DNA from: Candidatus Mcinerneyibacteriota bacterium
Lineage (GTDB): Bacteria > Macinerneyibacteriota > Macinerneyibacteria > Macinerneyibacteriales > DSCS01
Direction: 5' to 3'
DNA: 64,000 bases
Assembly (NCBI GenBank): GCA_016937175.1
Contig: JAFGWL010000056.1
Location: 166,845-230,844, forward strand
This document shows, in pieces, positions 18,261-27,166 of the stretch (position 1 is its first letter; every line of letters begins with the position of its first letter). Position numbers and translations under genes: made by a program. The notes beneath the pieces were generated by a model, which worked only from the letters and a program-made list of their open reading frames with translations, did no database searches and was not told the DNA's origin.

Positions 18261-18327
18261 GTTATTTCATCACATTGCGGCCGTAAAAGGAGCAGGAGTT
18301 GCCGTTTTTGCAACAAAGTCAGGATTC

Positions 18328-19068
18328 ATGAGTATACACAAGAGAGCGCCCATGATTGAAAAAGAAGCCTTGATCGTCTCGTCACAAAGACACCTGGCCT
18401 CACGCCTTCAGACAGAGCTGGCCCGTATCCCCGGAATATCTGTCCGCCCCCGGATCTATGAAGAGGGGCGGCTCTCCTTCAACCTCCGCCGGCGCAGCCC
18501 CGACCTTATCTTCATGTCCCTTAAAAACGAGCCTTCTCTCTGGGTCGACCTCTTCCTCCATAGGCCCCCATTTTCGCAGGTCATCGCAATCACGCCCGAC
18601 CCTGCCCTGGCTCCCCGGGCTTTCCTTTATAACTGTGCCGATGTCCTGACATCCCCCTTCCGCGTTCAGGACCTGCGCAGGGCTGTCGCCAGGGCCCTGA
18701 CACGGCGTTTTCTTTGGCTCCGAAGACAGGAGAGGCACTTCTCCCCCCTGGCAGCCCGTAAAAAAGATGTGATCCGCTTTTTCAACCCTGAAGAAATCCT
18801 CTTTTTTAAAGCAGAAGATAAAGTCGTCTTTCTGTATACAGACAAAGAGCGCTATTTCTCACGTTTCAGCCTGAGCCAGCTGGAAGCTCGCCTAAACCCC
18901 CTCCAATTCTGTCGTGTCCGGCGTAATGTGATCGTAGCGCTTCATGCGATCCGCGAAGTGGAAATCAAAGGCTCACGCGGGCTTTTCCTCTCTCTCAGAG
19001 GAAGCGGGATGAAGATCCGCGCCGGACGGAGATATATCCCTTATCTTAAAGAAAAGCTACTCCTTTAA
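18328..19068 (+). CDS. LytTR-family DNA-binding regulator with degenerate (pseudo-)receiver domain
   Basis: C-terminal LytTR domain (IRFFNPEEILFFKAEDKVVFLYTDKERYFSRFSLSQLEARL...FCRVRRNVIV). N-terminal receiver-like fold has Ser at the phospho-Asp position (PDLIFMSL) and IVSSQ in place of the acidic pair. Possible true start MIEKE at 18352. 12-nt convergent overlap with the MEMO gene. Confidence 0.7.
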   Translation: MSIHKRAPMIEKEALIVSSQRHLASRLQTELARIPGISVRPRIYEEGRLSFNLRRRSPDLIFMSLKNEPSLWVDLFLHRPPFSQVIAITPDPALAPRAFLYNCADVLTSPFRVQDLRRAVARALTRRFLWLRRQERHFSPLAARKKDVIRFFNPEEILFFKAEDKVVFLYTDKERYFSRFSLSQLEARLNPLQFCRVRRNVIVALHAIREVEIKGSRGLFLSLRGSGMKIRAGRRYIPYLKEKLLL

Positions 19069-19896
19069 TCCCCAGGATCCGTATGTCACAAAAGAGTGAA
19101 GCCCCCCTGCGGGCATTTTGTCGTAGCTGGTCGTATATTCGAGAAGCTGGATGACACCTTGCCGGAAAAGCCCGCAGATCAGGGCCACACCTCCAGGGCC
19201 GCAGGCGGACTGATGCTCCAGGGCATATGGAATGATCTCCTTCCATTCTCCCTTGCTCACCTTTTTAATGAACTCAGGGTCTTTTTGCCGGGTCACATAT
19301 TCATATCCCGCAGCTCCTGTCCCCAGGGAAGAGTCTCCGTAACGGAACCCGTAGTGAGTCAAATCGGTACTGGCCACAAAGATCACTTCCGGATGATCCT
19401 CTTTTAGTTTTTCAAGGATATTGACATAATCCGTAAGGCTTTTCTGGATCCCCGGAGGAACTGAGACGGGAATGATCCGGCTCCGGGGATAGAGGTACTT
19501 TAAAAAAGGAAGCTGGACCTCGATGGAATGTTCCCCTTCATGGGCCCGGGCTGAATGGAGAAAGAGCGATTCATCGAAATAGTCTCTGATAAGCCCATGG
19601 GCAACGGGCATATCTCCCAAAGGAGTCTCCCAGGCACCTTCCGGAAAGACAGCAGGACGCTCCACTCCGTAGGTATGGACGGCCCCCAGGAGGAGGAAGA
19701 CGGCATCGGGGCAGGCATTCAAAGCTGCCAAGGCTCTGAGAGCGATTCCTCCTGAGAAGGCCCAGCCTGCATGGGGAACGATGCCCCCCCGGTATTCCCT
19801 CAGCCCTGTCTCTGACAGCTCGCATTTGATAAAAGCTTCGATCTCAGCGGCCCGGGCAGGATAAAACTGTCCGGACACGACAGCATTTCGTCTCAT
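19057..19896 (-). CDS. MEMO1-family protein (AmmeMemoRadiSam system protein B-like)
   Basis: 279 aa with the N-terminal VSGQFYPA and metal-site PHAGWAFSG motifs of the Memo fold. Confidence 0.8.
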   Translation of the reverse strand: MRRNAVVSGQFYPARAAEIEAFIKCELSETGLREYRGGIVPHAGWAFSGGIALRALAALNACPDAVFLLLGAVHTYGVERPAVFPEGAWETPLGDMPVAHGLIRDYFDESLFLHSARAHEGEHSIEVQLPFLKYLYPRSRIIPVSVPPGIQKSLTDYVNILEKLKEDHPEVIFVASTDLTHYGFRYGDSSLGTGAAGYEYVTRQKDPEFIKKVSKGEWKEIIPYALEHQSACGPGGVALICGLFRQGVIQLLEYTTSYDKMPAGGLHSFVTYGSWGLKE

Positions 19897-19904
19897 TCCG
19901 CCTC

Positions 19905-22709
19905 CTATTCAAACAATATTTTAAGATCCTCCCACGACATCGTTTTCATGAAAGCGGTATCGGTAAAGTCGAGAGAGTGGAACATCTCGCTCTTCTCTTC
20001 CTGCATTCTGATGATCTTTTCCTCGATAGTCCCTTCGGTGATCAGCTTATAGACATTGACAGTCCGGGTCTGCCCCATTCTGTAAGCCCGGTCCGTGGCC
20101 TGTCTTTCCACCATGGGATTCCACCAGGGATCAAAGTGGACCACGACATCCGCCCCTGTGATATTCAGGCCGGTGCCTCCGGCTTTGAGACTGACCAGGA
20201 TGATGGGGGTTTCTCTGTTTTCATTGAAACGGTCGACGATCTCCACCCGGTTCGGGGTCTTTCCGTCGATATATTCAAAAGGGATCTTATCTTTTCTCAG
20301 CTCATCACGGATGATATGAAGCATTTTTACAAACTGGCTGAAGAGAAGGATCCGGTGTCCGCCGTCCATGGATTCTGCGAGGATCTCTCTGAGCAGATCC
20401 ATTTTTGCTGAGATATCTTCATTCTCAGTGAGCTCAGGATAGATCATCCCCGGATGGTTACAGATCTGGCGCAGCCTGATCAGCGCGCTGAGGATATGCA
20501 TACGGCTCTTGACAAATCCCTCTTTTTCCACAAGCCCGAAGATCTCGTTTCTGATCTCCCCGAGAAATCGCTGATAAAGGGCCTTCTGCCCGTCTGTGAG
20601 AGGGACGACAGAGACCTGTTCGATCTTGGGAGGAAGCTCTGTGAGGACCTCTTCTTTTGTCCTTCTGAGGATAAACGGCTTGATCTTCATATTCAGCTCG
20701 TTGAGGACTTCTTCATTCTTTTCTTTGACGATCTCTTTGTCGTAATAATCGACGAAATGCCTTCTTGTCCCCAGGTATCCGGGCATGATAAAGTCAAAGA
20801 TCGACCAGAGCTCGCGAATGGAATTCTCCATAGGGGTCCCTGTCAGTACCAGTTTAAACATGGCGTCGAGTTTTTTAACGCTCCTGGCTACTTTGGTCTG
20901 ATAATTCTTGATATGCTGGGCTTCATCCAGGATGACATAGTGGTAGACCCGATCCTCGTAGAGGTCGATATCGTTGCGGAGGAGGGAGTAGGAGGTGATG
21001 AGCAAGTCCGCTTTCTCCGACCCGGCGATGATCTCTTCTCTCTGAGCCCGGTTACCCTCCACCACGGCACATTTCATATGCGGTGTGAATTTCTTCACTT
21101 CCTTGACCCAGTTATGCATCAGGGATTTGGGGCATACAACCATGGAGGGCAGCGCGCTGCTGACAGAAATCATCATGGCCAGAGCCTGGACTGTCTTTCC
21201 CAATCCCATGTCATCGGCCAGCACTCCGGAGAGTTTATAGCGGTGGAGAAAATGAAGCCAATAATAACCCTCTTTCTGATAAGGCCGGAGGATCTTATCC
21301 AAGCTTTCCGGGACAGGTATCTTTCTGATTCCTTTGACATCCATGAGCTCTTCATAGAGGGCCCGGAAACGCTCGTCACCCCGGATCTCGATGTCTTTAT
21401 TCTTCTTGACGTAGTTGATCAGGTGAGGCAGGTAATAGATCTTATGCTGGAAGCTCTCTTTTTTATCCAGAGAGAGTGCAAAAGCCGCCTTAAAGTCCTC
21501 CATGAATTGACGGATCTCTTCCAGGTTCACAAGCTTCAGGATCCTTGTCTTATCCAATTTGATAAAGGGGTCCCCTTTACGGATATGATCTCTCAGCATC
21601 TCAGGGTCAAGCGAATAATCCTCTTTCAGCCCGCACCCGAAATTCAGGGTAAATGAAGAGTCCTCTTCCAGAGATATTTCCAGAACCGGTTTGATGGTCA
21701 CATTGAAAATGCGGATCTGCCGGAATTCCGGGGTCAGCCTCTTTGTCCAGTCAGAGGGGATCCTTTTAAATCCGTTGATGAGAAAGTCGATGATATCATC
21801 ATTGTCCTTGAGGACGAAAAAGCCCTCTTCCCATTTGAAGTTATATTGAAAGAAAAAAAGAAAAAGACGGCGTTCCTTCTTGGGGTCTCTGCGGATAAAA
21901 TTGATCTGGTCATCTACGGTCTTGACGATATAGGGGCCTTTTTTGACAATATCGCTGTAAGTAAAATCCATCTTCCCGTAATGATAGATGGGATCCACTT
22001 TGATGATCCCTTCGGAGTAGTCAAGCTTTAATTCTATATTGAGCTGGTTATGGTGGATCTCCAGACGTCTTATTTCCCCGTCCCATTGAAAATCGAGGTA
22101 TCTGTTCCAGTAATTGTGATAATTATCGATAAAATCAAAGAGCTCCTCCTCCCGGAACTCCTTCCCCTTAGTCAGAATCCTGTCCCAGAGAGGCTGGGAA
22201 TAGACCGGAAGAAGGCGGGCCAGCAGGGAACCGCTCAGATACCACTTCTCTCCCTCGAAGGAAAGGATGCGCGAACTGGCTTCAGGCCCTGGGTTGACCG
22301 ATATGCTCTCCTGACTGCATCGGATGAGGACAGCCGGTTTTTCGAACTTTTCGCGGACATCCAGCCGTACCCCTGAAGAGAGCAGATAAAGCTGCTCATA
22401 CCCGATCAGAAGGCTCAGGAGATCTCTGGCATAGGGGCCATGAAGGACAAAAGCCTTGTTGACAAATTTCCCGAATTTCAGGAGATGCTCCAGAATCATC
22501 TCCTGATGCTCCGTCAAAGTCCCGAGGATGTCGAATATCTCCTCTTCCCGGAAAAAATCCCGGGTTGCATTCTCGGGATGGCTGATAAACTCCATCATCT
22601 CGTTCTGCAGCCCTGGCCAGTCCGTCTCCCGGCCCGGTTTCAGCGTAATGAATATATCGCTGATCGTATCTTCTATACCGATGTAAAAGGGCAGGGGCCT
22701 TTCAGTCAT
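19905..22709 (-). CDS. SNF2-family helicase with ~480-aa N-terminal domain of unknown function
   Basis: 934 aa. SNF2_N motifs LADDMGLGKT and ILDEAQHIKN, then helicase C (LKAGGTGLNITGADVVVHFDPWWNP). The N-terminal half has no recognisable motif. Confidence 0.85.
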   Translation of the reverse strand: MTERPLPFYIGIEDTISDIFITLKPGRETDWPGLQNEMMEFISHPENATRDFFREEEIFDILGTLTEHQEMILEHLLKFGKFVNKAFVLHGPYARDLLSLLIGYEQLYLLSSGVRLDVREKFEKPAVLIRCSQESISVNPGPEASSRILSFEGEKWYLSGSLLARLLPVYSQPLWDRILTKGKEFREEELFDFIDNYHNYWNRYLDFQWDGEIRRLEIHHNQLNIELKLDYSEGIIKVDPIYHYGKMDFTYSDIVKKGPYIVKTVDDQINFIRRDPKKERRLFLFFFQYNFKWEEGFFVLKDNDDIIDFLINGFKRIPSDWTKRLTPEFRQIRIFNVTIKPVLEISLEEDSSFTLNFGCGLKEDYSLDPEMLRDHIRKGDPFIKLDKTRILKLVNLEEIRQFMEDFKAAFALSLDKKESFQHKIYYLPHLINYVKKNKDIEIRGDERFRALYEELMDVKGIRKIPVPESLDKILRPYQKEGYYWLHFLHRYKLSGVLADDMGLGKTVQALAMMISVSSALPSMVVCPKSLMHNWVKEVKKFTPHMKCAVVEGNRAQREEIIAGSEKADLLITSYSLLRNDIDLYEDRVYHYVILDEAQHIKNYQTKVARSVKKLDAMFKLVLTGTPMENSIRELWSIFDFIMPGYLGTRRHFVDYYDKEIVKEKNEEVLNELNMKIKPFILRRTKEEVLTELPPKIEQVSVVPLTDGQKALYQRFLGEIRNEIFGLVEKEGFVKSRMHILSALIRLRQICNHPGMIYPELTENEDISAKMDLLREILAESMDGGHRILLFSQFVKMLHIIRDELRKDKIPFEYIDGKTPNRVEIVDRFNENRETPIILVSLKAGGTGLNITGADVVVHFDPWWNPMVERQATDRAYRMGQTRTVNVYKLITEGTIEEKIIRMQEEKSEMFHSLDFTDTAFMKTMSWEDLKILFE

Positions 22710-22769
22710 ATCTCCATCTCTTCATCGTTTATCTTTTACTGTACCCCCATAAAATAAAACGGGCAAGCC

Positions 22770-25700
22770 TTAATGCTGTCGTATCTCCCTGATACGCGAT
22801 GCGGCTGTCTTACTGTACACGGTCTCTTTTCCTGATATCTGAATAATATATTCGTAGATCTCCACGGCTTTATCCATCTCTCCCAGCGCTTCATAGGCAG
22901 TCCCGCCCTGGAAGAGCGCGGTGACCATCCACTGAAAATCTTCATCGGTATTGACAGGGAGGTATTTCACTTTCATAAACTCACGGATGGCATCCCGGTA
23001 GTGTCCCCGGGCATAATAACAGTCTCCGATATTGAACTGGATTTCCATCTTCAGAGAGTCCGGTGCCCGGTCAATAAAGGAAGTGAGACGGCCCAGGGCC
23101 TCGTCATACTTCCTCTCATCCATAAAAGTATAGACAATATTGAGAAGAGCTCCGTAGTAAAGGGGTGTTTCAGGGAAACGGTCCACGACCTGCTGAAACG
23201 CTTCACGGGCTTTACCGGTCTCCCCCTCTTCCTTAAAGAGGAGTCCCCGGTTATAGAGCGCATCGGGACTGGGTTTGAATTCGTAGGAGCGTTGGAAATA
23301 GTCCAGCGCCTTATCTTTATCGCCCAGAGCATAATGGGCCTGTCCCAGGGAAAGATAGAGCTTTTCCTTTCCTTCGAAGGAGGGGTTAGCCTCAAGACGA
23401 AGGAAGATGTCCAGAGCCTTGTCCGTCTCGCCCTTTCCCAGGCGGATATTTCCGAGCATGAAGGCTGCCTGAAGGTTCCAGGGTGTCTCCAGGACTTCCT
23501 TCCCCCCGCCGGCCTGAATAAAATAATCTTCCGCCCGTCCGGCATCTTTTTTCCCCAGATAGGCCACTTCTCCCAAGACATAAGATATCTCTTCCTCAAA
23601 CTCTCTGAGGGTTTTGCTGTTCTTTCGACGAAGAGCAAGTCCTTCGTCAAGGCGGTTCAGACGGGTAAGTGCAATGACACGCCGGCTGACGGAATAAGCA
23701 TCCCCCTCCCGGAAAAACTCCAGGATATCCCTCCAGCGCTCCTGCTCAGCCAAAGCTTTATAGACCCGGCCCCGGACATCCCTTCCGCGGGCTTTTCCCA
23801 GAAGCCCCATGGCCTCTTCATCCATCCCCAGCTTCAGGCAGGCAAGTCCCTTGACCACAGCAAGCCCACCCTCTTCCGCCGTGATGTTCAGGCAGGCTTT
23901 CCGGGCGGCTTCTTTCTGTCCGTCAAGGATCAGGGCATCCAGATAGAGTCCCATGACCTCCGGGTCGTTATAATATTCGGGCAGACGGGTCAGGACATTA
24001 TAGATATTGAAGATCACTTCTTCGTAATCGGCTTCGCCGAAGGCGATATCGGCCAGCAGAAGGCTGGCTTTGACCTTCATCTCAAAGGGCTTCGTAATGG
24101 ACAAAAGAAGCTCCCTGGCTTCCCCGTTACGCCCTGTCCGGTGATAGATAGATGCCAGATAGTAGGACAGAGTCCCCCTCTTTTCCCCCTCTGTTTCAAG
24201 CAGTCCGGTAAAGAGGCGTTCGGCCTCTCCGTAATTGGAGTTGTAATAGGCAGTCATGGCACGGGCATACTCTTCAGCAGGTGTTCCTGCCACACTTTCG
24301 GGAAGCGGGAGCTCTTTGAACGCCTCTTCCCTCTCTTCACTGATAAGAAAATCGATATAGCTCCGCACCGTATCCTGGCTCACAGACCCGGGAAAGTTCG
24401 AAAAGGCGTAAAGGAAATCATCCTCTTCCAGAGTCCCTTCCATGTCATAATAGACCAGGACATGGGAATAGACTTCTCCTGCAGCCGGATGGTCTTTGCG
24501 TGCGTTGAAGAACGATTCGATTTCGCTTTTCGGCCCCTTTTTCAGAAGCAGGGCATAAGCTCCCGCCCGGAGGGCCTTCTCATCGTCCCGCCCGCCTTTT
24601 TGGTAATACTCATAGGCTTTGCTGAAATCTTTGACCGAGAAAAAGACATCGCCCCGCTGTCTGTAGAGCTCTTTTTCTCCCACGGGTTCTTTCAGCTGCT
24701 GCTCCAGGAGGCCGTCCAGCGCGGCAAGGCCCCGGGTTATATCGGTGATGATATAACGGTTCAGATAATCGATCCTTTTGCGGGCCTTATCGGCCAGGGG
24801 GGAGAAGGGGAAACGCTCTCCGATATTTTTGTAAGCTGTCACGGCTCTGTCGTAGCGAGGGATCTTCTCATAACAGAGGCCTATCTCATAAAGGGCTTTA
24901 TCCCCATATCCTTCAGTATTGAAGGCAATACGCTCAAAGGCGGCGATGGCCCGCTCATAATCCTTCATCTCATAGGCATAGATCCGCCCGACACGATAGA
25001 CCAGATAAGGGACCTGGGGATCCCGGGAGAAATATGTAATATAATCGAGAAGGGCATTGACGGCCTGGGCATGGAAACCGCCATCTTCAAAAAATTCGGC
25101 TTTCTCCATAAGAGCTCTTTTGATTTCGGCTTCATCCTGCCTGTTTCTGTGGAATCCTGCCATTTGATCGAAGAGAGCTGCGATCTTTTCCGTGTCCCAG
25201 CCTCTTTTTTCTCTCTCGATATCCAGAGCGAGCCTGACGATGTCGGGATAAAGGGAGCTGTCAGGATAGGCCTTAAGAAAATAGTCGACCTCCTTTGCCG
25301 CCTCCTCCTTCTTGCCCAGCAGAAGAAGGGCTTCGGCTTTCCCTTTCAGGGCATCATCAGCCATAGCGCTGTTGGGGTTCTTGTCAAGAAGAGACTGGAA
25401 AGCGGCTGCGGCTTCGGAAAAGGCCCTCTTTTCCATATATACCCGTCCCTTTCCGTAAAGAGCCCGGTAATAGTACTCGCTCTCCGGATAGCGTGACATG
25501 AGCCCCTGATACTCTCTGAGAGCCTTATCATAATCATACTGACCGAAGGCGATCTCCGCTCTGTACCAGGCCCATTTCCCCGGATCGAGGTCCTTCTCCT
25601 CTAATTTTTCCAAAAATGGACGGGCCTTTTCCATCTCTCCCCGTTCAAAATGGTAGTCCAGAAGAGAGATATAGGCCTTTTTCAGATTGTCTCCCCTCGG

Positions 25701-26192
25701 GTTGAGATTGATGATTTCCTTCATTGCCTTAAAATAGGCCTCATGTTCACCGGCTTGCCGGTAGAGAGATGCCGCCAGAAACAGGGTCTCGGTGTAGAGG
25801 GAGGTATCTTTATAAAAGCGCCTGATCTTTTCTGCCGTCTCAAGAGCCTGTTTTTTCATTCCGCTTTCATCCAGGGCCAAAGCGATGTAATAGAGGATAT
25901 CGCCTAAAGCCGGGCTCTCCTCATAACGCTGAAGGAACCTGTTCCCTTCCGTGAGGACCATATTCCACTTCTCCAGACGGGCATACGAGGCGATCAGCTT
26001 CCGGTAAGCGCCTTCGACCCGCCGGTCCTGGGGGTTCTCATTGATAAATGTCTTATACTCTTCCACGGCCAGGTCAAAAAAACCATCCTGAAAGAGTTTT
26101 TCGGCATAGTCGAATCCTCCGATGATCCCCGAGACAGAAACAGGGGAGAGGATCAACACCACGATGACCGCGATTTTATGAAGAAACTTCAT
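22770..26192 (-). CDS. giant TPR-repeat protein, secreted/periplasmic
   Basis: 1140 aa with N-terminal signal peptide (MKFLHKIAVIVVLILSPVSVSG) and TPR-like units along the whole length; 17-nt overlap with the upstream 4Fe-4S gene. Confidence 0.7.
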   Translation of the reverse strand: MKFLHKIAVIVVLILSPVSVSGIIGGFDYAEKLFQDGFFDLAVEEYKTFINENPQDRRVEGAYRKLIASYARLEKWNMVLTEGNRFLQRYEESPALGDILYYIALALDESGMKKQALETAEKIRRFYKDTSLYTETLFLAASLYRQAGEHEAYFKAMKEIINLNPRGDNLKKAYISLLDYHFERGEMEKARPFLEKLEEKDLDPGKWAWYRAEIAFGQYDYDKALREYQGLMSRYPESEYYYRALYGKGRVYMEKRAFSEAAAAFQSLLDKNPNSAMADDALKGKAEALLLLGKKEEAAKEVDYFLKAYPDSSLYPDIVRLALDIEREKRGWDTEKIAALFDQMAGFHRNRQDEAEIKRALMEKAEFFEDGGFHAQAVNALLDYITYFSRDPQVPYLVYRVGRIYAYEMKDYERAIAAFERIAFNTEGYGDKALYEIGLCYEKIPRYDRAVTAYKNIGERFPFSPLADKARKRIDYLNRYIITDITRGLAALDGLLEQQLKEPVGEKELYRQRGDVFFSVKDFSKAYEYYQKGGRDDEKALRAGAYALLLKKGPKSEIESFFNARKDHPAAGEVYSHVLVYYDMEGTLEEDDFLYAFSNFPGSVSQDTVRSYIDFLISEEREEAFKELPLPESVAGTPAEEYARAMTAYYNSNYGEAERLFTGLLETEGEKRGTLSYYLASIYHRTGRNGEARELLLSITKPFEMKVKASLLLADIAFGEADYEEVIFNIYNVLTRLPEYYNDPEVMGLYLDALILDGQKEAARKACLNITAEEGGLAVVKGLACLKLGMDEEAMGLLGKARGRDVRGRVYKALAEQERWRDILEFFREGDAYSVSRRVIALTRLNRLDEGLALRRKNSKTLREFEEEISYVLGEVAYLGKKDAGRAEDYFIQAGGGKEVLETPWNLQAAFMLGNIRLGKGETDKALDIFLRLEANPSFEGKEKLYLSLGQAHYALGDKDKALDYFQRSYEFKPSPDALYNRGLLFKEEGETGKAREAFQQVVDRFPETPLYYGALLNIVYTFMDERKYDEALGRLTSFIDRAPDSLKMEIQFNIGDCYYARGHYRDAIREFMKVKYLPVNTDEDFQWMVTALFQGGTAYEALGEMDKAVEIYEYIIQISGKETVYSKTAASRIREIRQH

Positions 26193-27018
26193 TGAAAGCT
26201 CCTTTCTTCTTCAAAAGAGGGGTAAAAGAGATACATGAGACCGGGCACGCAGGGAGACAGTCTCCGCAGCGGATACACTCCTCAGACCCGGGGTCTTCGC
26301 TGATATTGATATCCACAGGGCAGACGGAGCGGCAAGCTCCGCAAGAGACACAGCGGCCCATGTCCACATGGATGGTATAGAGGCTGATCCTATTGAAAAA
26401 CCCCAGTATTGTCCCCAAAGGACAGGTCGTCCTGCAGAAAAAACGGGGGATGACTACGGATAAACCGCTGTAGGCGATAAGGAGCCCCACTTTCCAGAAA
26501 TAGAGGAGCCCAAGGGGGATATTCAATGACCAGACCAGTGTCAACCCGCCCTCCAGGGTCCCTGCAGGGCAGATATAGGTGCAAAAGGCCGGTTTCAGGA
26601 GAACAAGAGGCAGAATTACGATAAAGAGGCCCAGGATGATATAGCGGATCAGGATGAAAAAACGGGGCAGTCCCAGAGAGATGGAAGAGATCTTCTTCAA
26701 CAGGTCCTGATAAAACCCGAAGGGACAGAGATGGCCGCAATACCACCGCCCTGCCAGAAGCCCGGCGCTTCCCAGAAGCCCCAAGACAAGAAGAGAGATG
26801 TGGCGGGCCTGGCTGTAGATCATATACTGCAGGCTGCCCAGGGGGCATGAAGTCAGTGCCCCCGGACAGGAGTAACAATTAAGGACCGGCAGACAGAGCC
26901 CCTTTGACTCACCCTGAAAGGGAGCAGCTTCGATAAATCCTTTAATATTGGAATTGATACCTATGCTGAAGAGAAGCTGCCGCCAAAAACGTTTTTTGAA
27001 AAAAGAAAGCCATTTCAT
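26176..27018 (-). CDS. membrane-bound 4Fe-4S-binding protein (NapH/MauN-like)
   Basis: 280 aa. Several TM helices, CxxCP-type motifs (CYSCPGALTSCPLG, GHLCPFG, CTYICPAGT, CPLGT) and a ferredoxin-type domain CVSCGACRSVCP...CIRCGDCLPACP. Confidence 0.75.
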   Translation of the reverse strand: MKWLSFFKKRFWRQLLFSIGINSNIKGFIEAAPFQGESKGLCLPVLNCYSCPGALTSCPLGSLQYMIYSQARHISLLVLGLLGSAGLLAGRWYCGHLCPFGFYQDLLKKISSISLGLPRFFILIRYIILGLFIVILPLVLLKPAFCTYICPAGTLEGGLTLVWSLNIPLGLLYFWKVGLLIAYSGLSVVIPRFFCRTTCPLGTILGFFNRISLYTIHVDMGRCVSCGACRSVCPVDINISEDPGSEECIRCGDCLPACPVSCISFTPLLKKKGAFNEVSS

Positions 27019-27019
27019 A

Positions 27020-27166
27020 TTATCCGATCCCGATGCACCCGTAGCAGATGTAAATACCGTTGTTTTTAATGAGTTCCCATTCCCCCGTCAGAAGGCCCGC
27101 CAGGATCAAAAGGAGAGCCAGAAAAAGCAGGAGGGCCGCTGTGCGGATCTTATTCTTCTTTGTCAA
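27020..27166 (-). CDS. candidate small membrane peptide (48 codons, TTG start) coupled to the NapH-like gene
   Basis: Minus strand reads TTG-ACA-AAG... and encodes LTKKNKIRTAALLLFLALLLILAGLLTGEWELIKNNGIYICYGCIGIG. It is preceded by GGGGGA, and its TAA lies 1 nt before the ATG of the 4Fe-4S gene. Below the ORF-track size cutoff; the start overlaps the folP stop by ~17 nt. Confidence 0.35.
   Translation of the reverse strand: MTKKNKIRTAALLLFLALLLILAGLLTGEWELIKNNGIYICYGCIGIG

Noticed and set aside
18298-18314. Short inverted repeat GTTGC-N7-GCAAC upstream of the LytTR gene
   Set aside because: 5-bp arms are too short to distinguish from chance; no second copy seen.
19046-19246. 66-aa minus-strand ORF at the LytTR/MEMO junction
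   Set aside because: Out of frame within the MEMO gene region and antisense to the LytTR 3-prime end; no independent evidence.
20454-21656. 400-aa plus-strand ORF antisense to the SNF2 helicase
   Set aside because: No motifs; sits opposite strongly conserved helicase motifs, which fix the true frame on the minus strand.
23001-25496. 831-aa plus-strand ORF
   Set aside because: Lies entirely antisense within the 1140-aa TPR gene. Codon-complement symmetry of repetitive TPR-coding DNA commonly gives long spurious antisense frames, and it has no signal or domain of its own.
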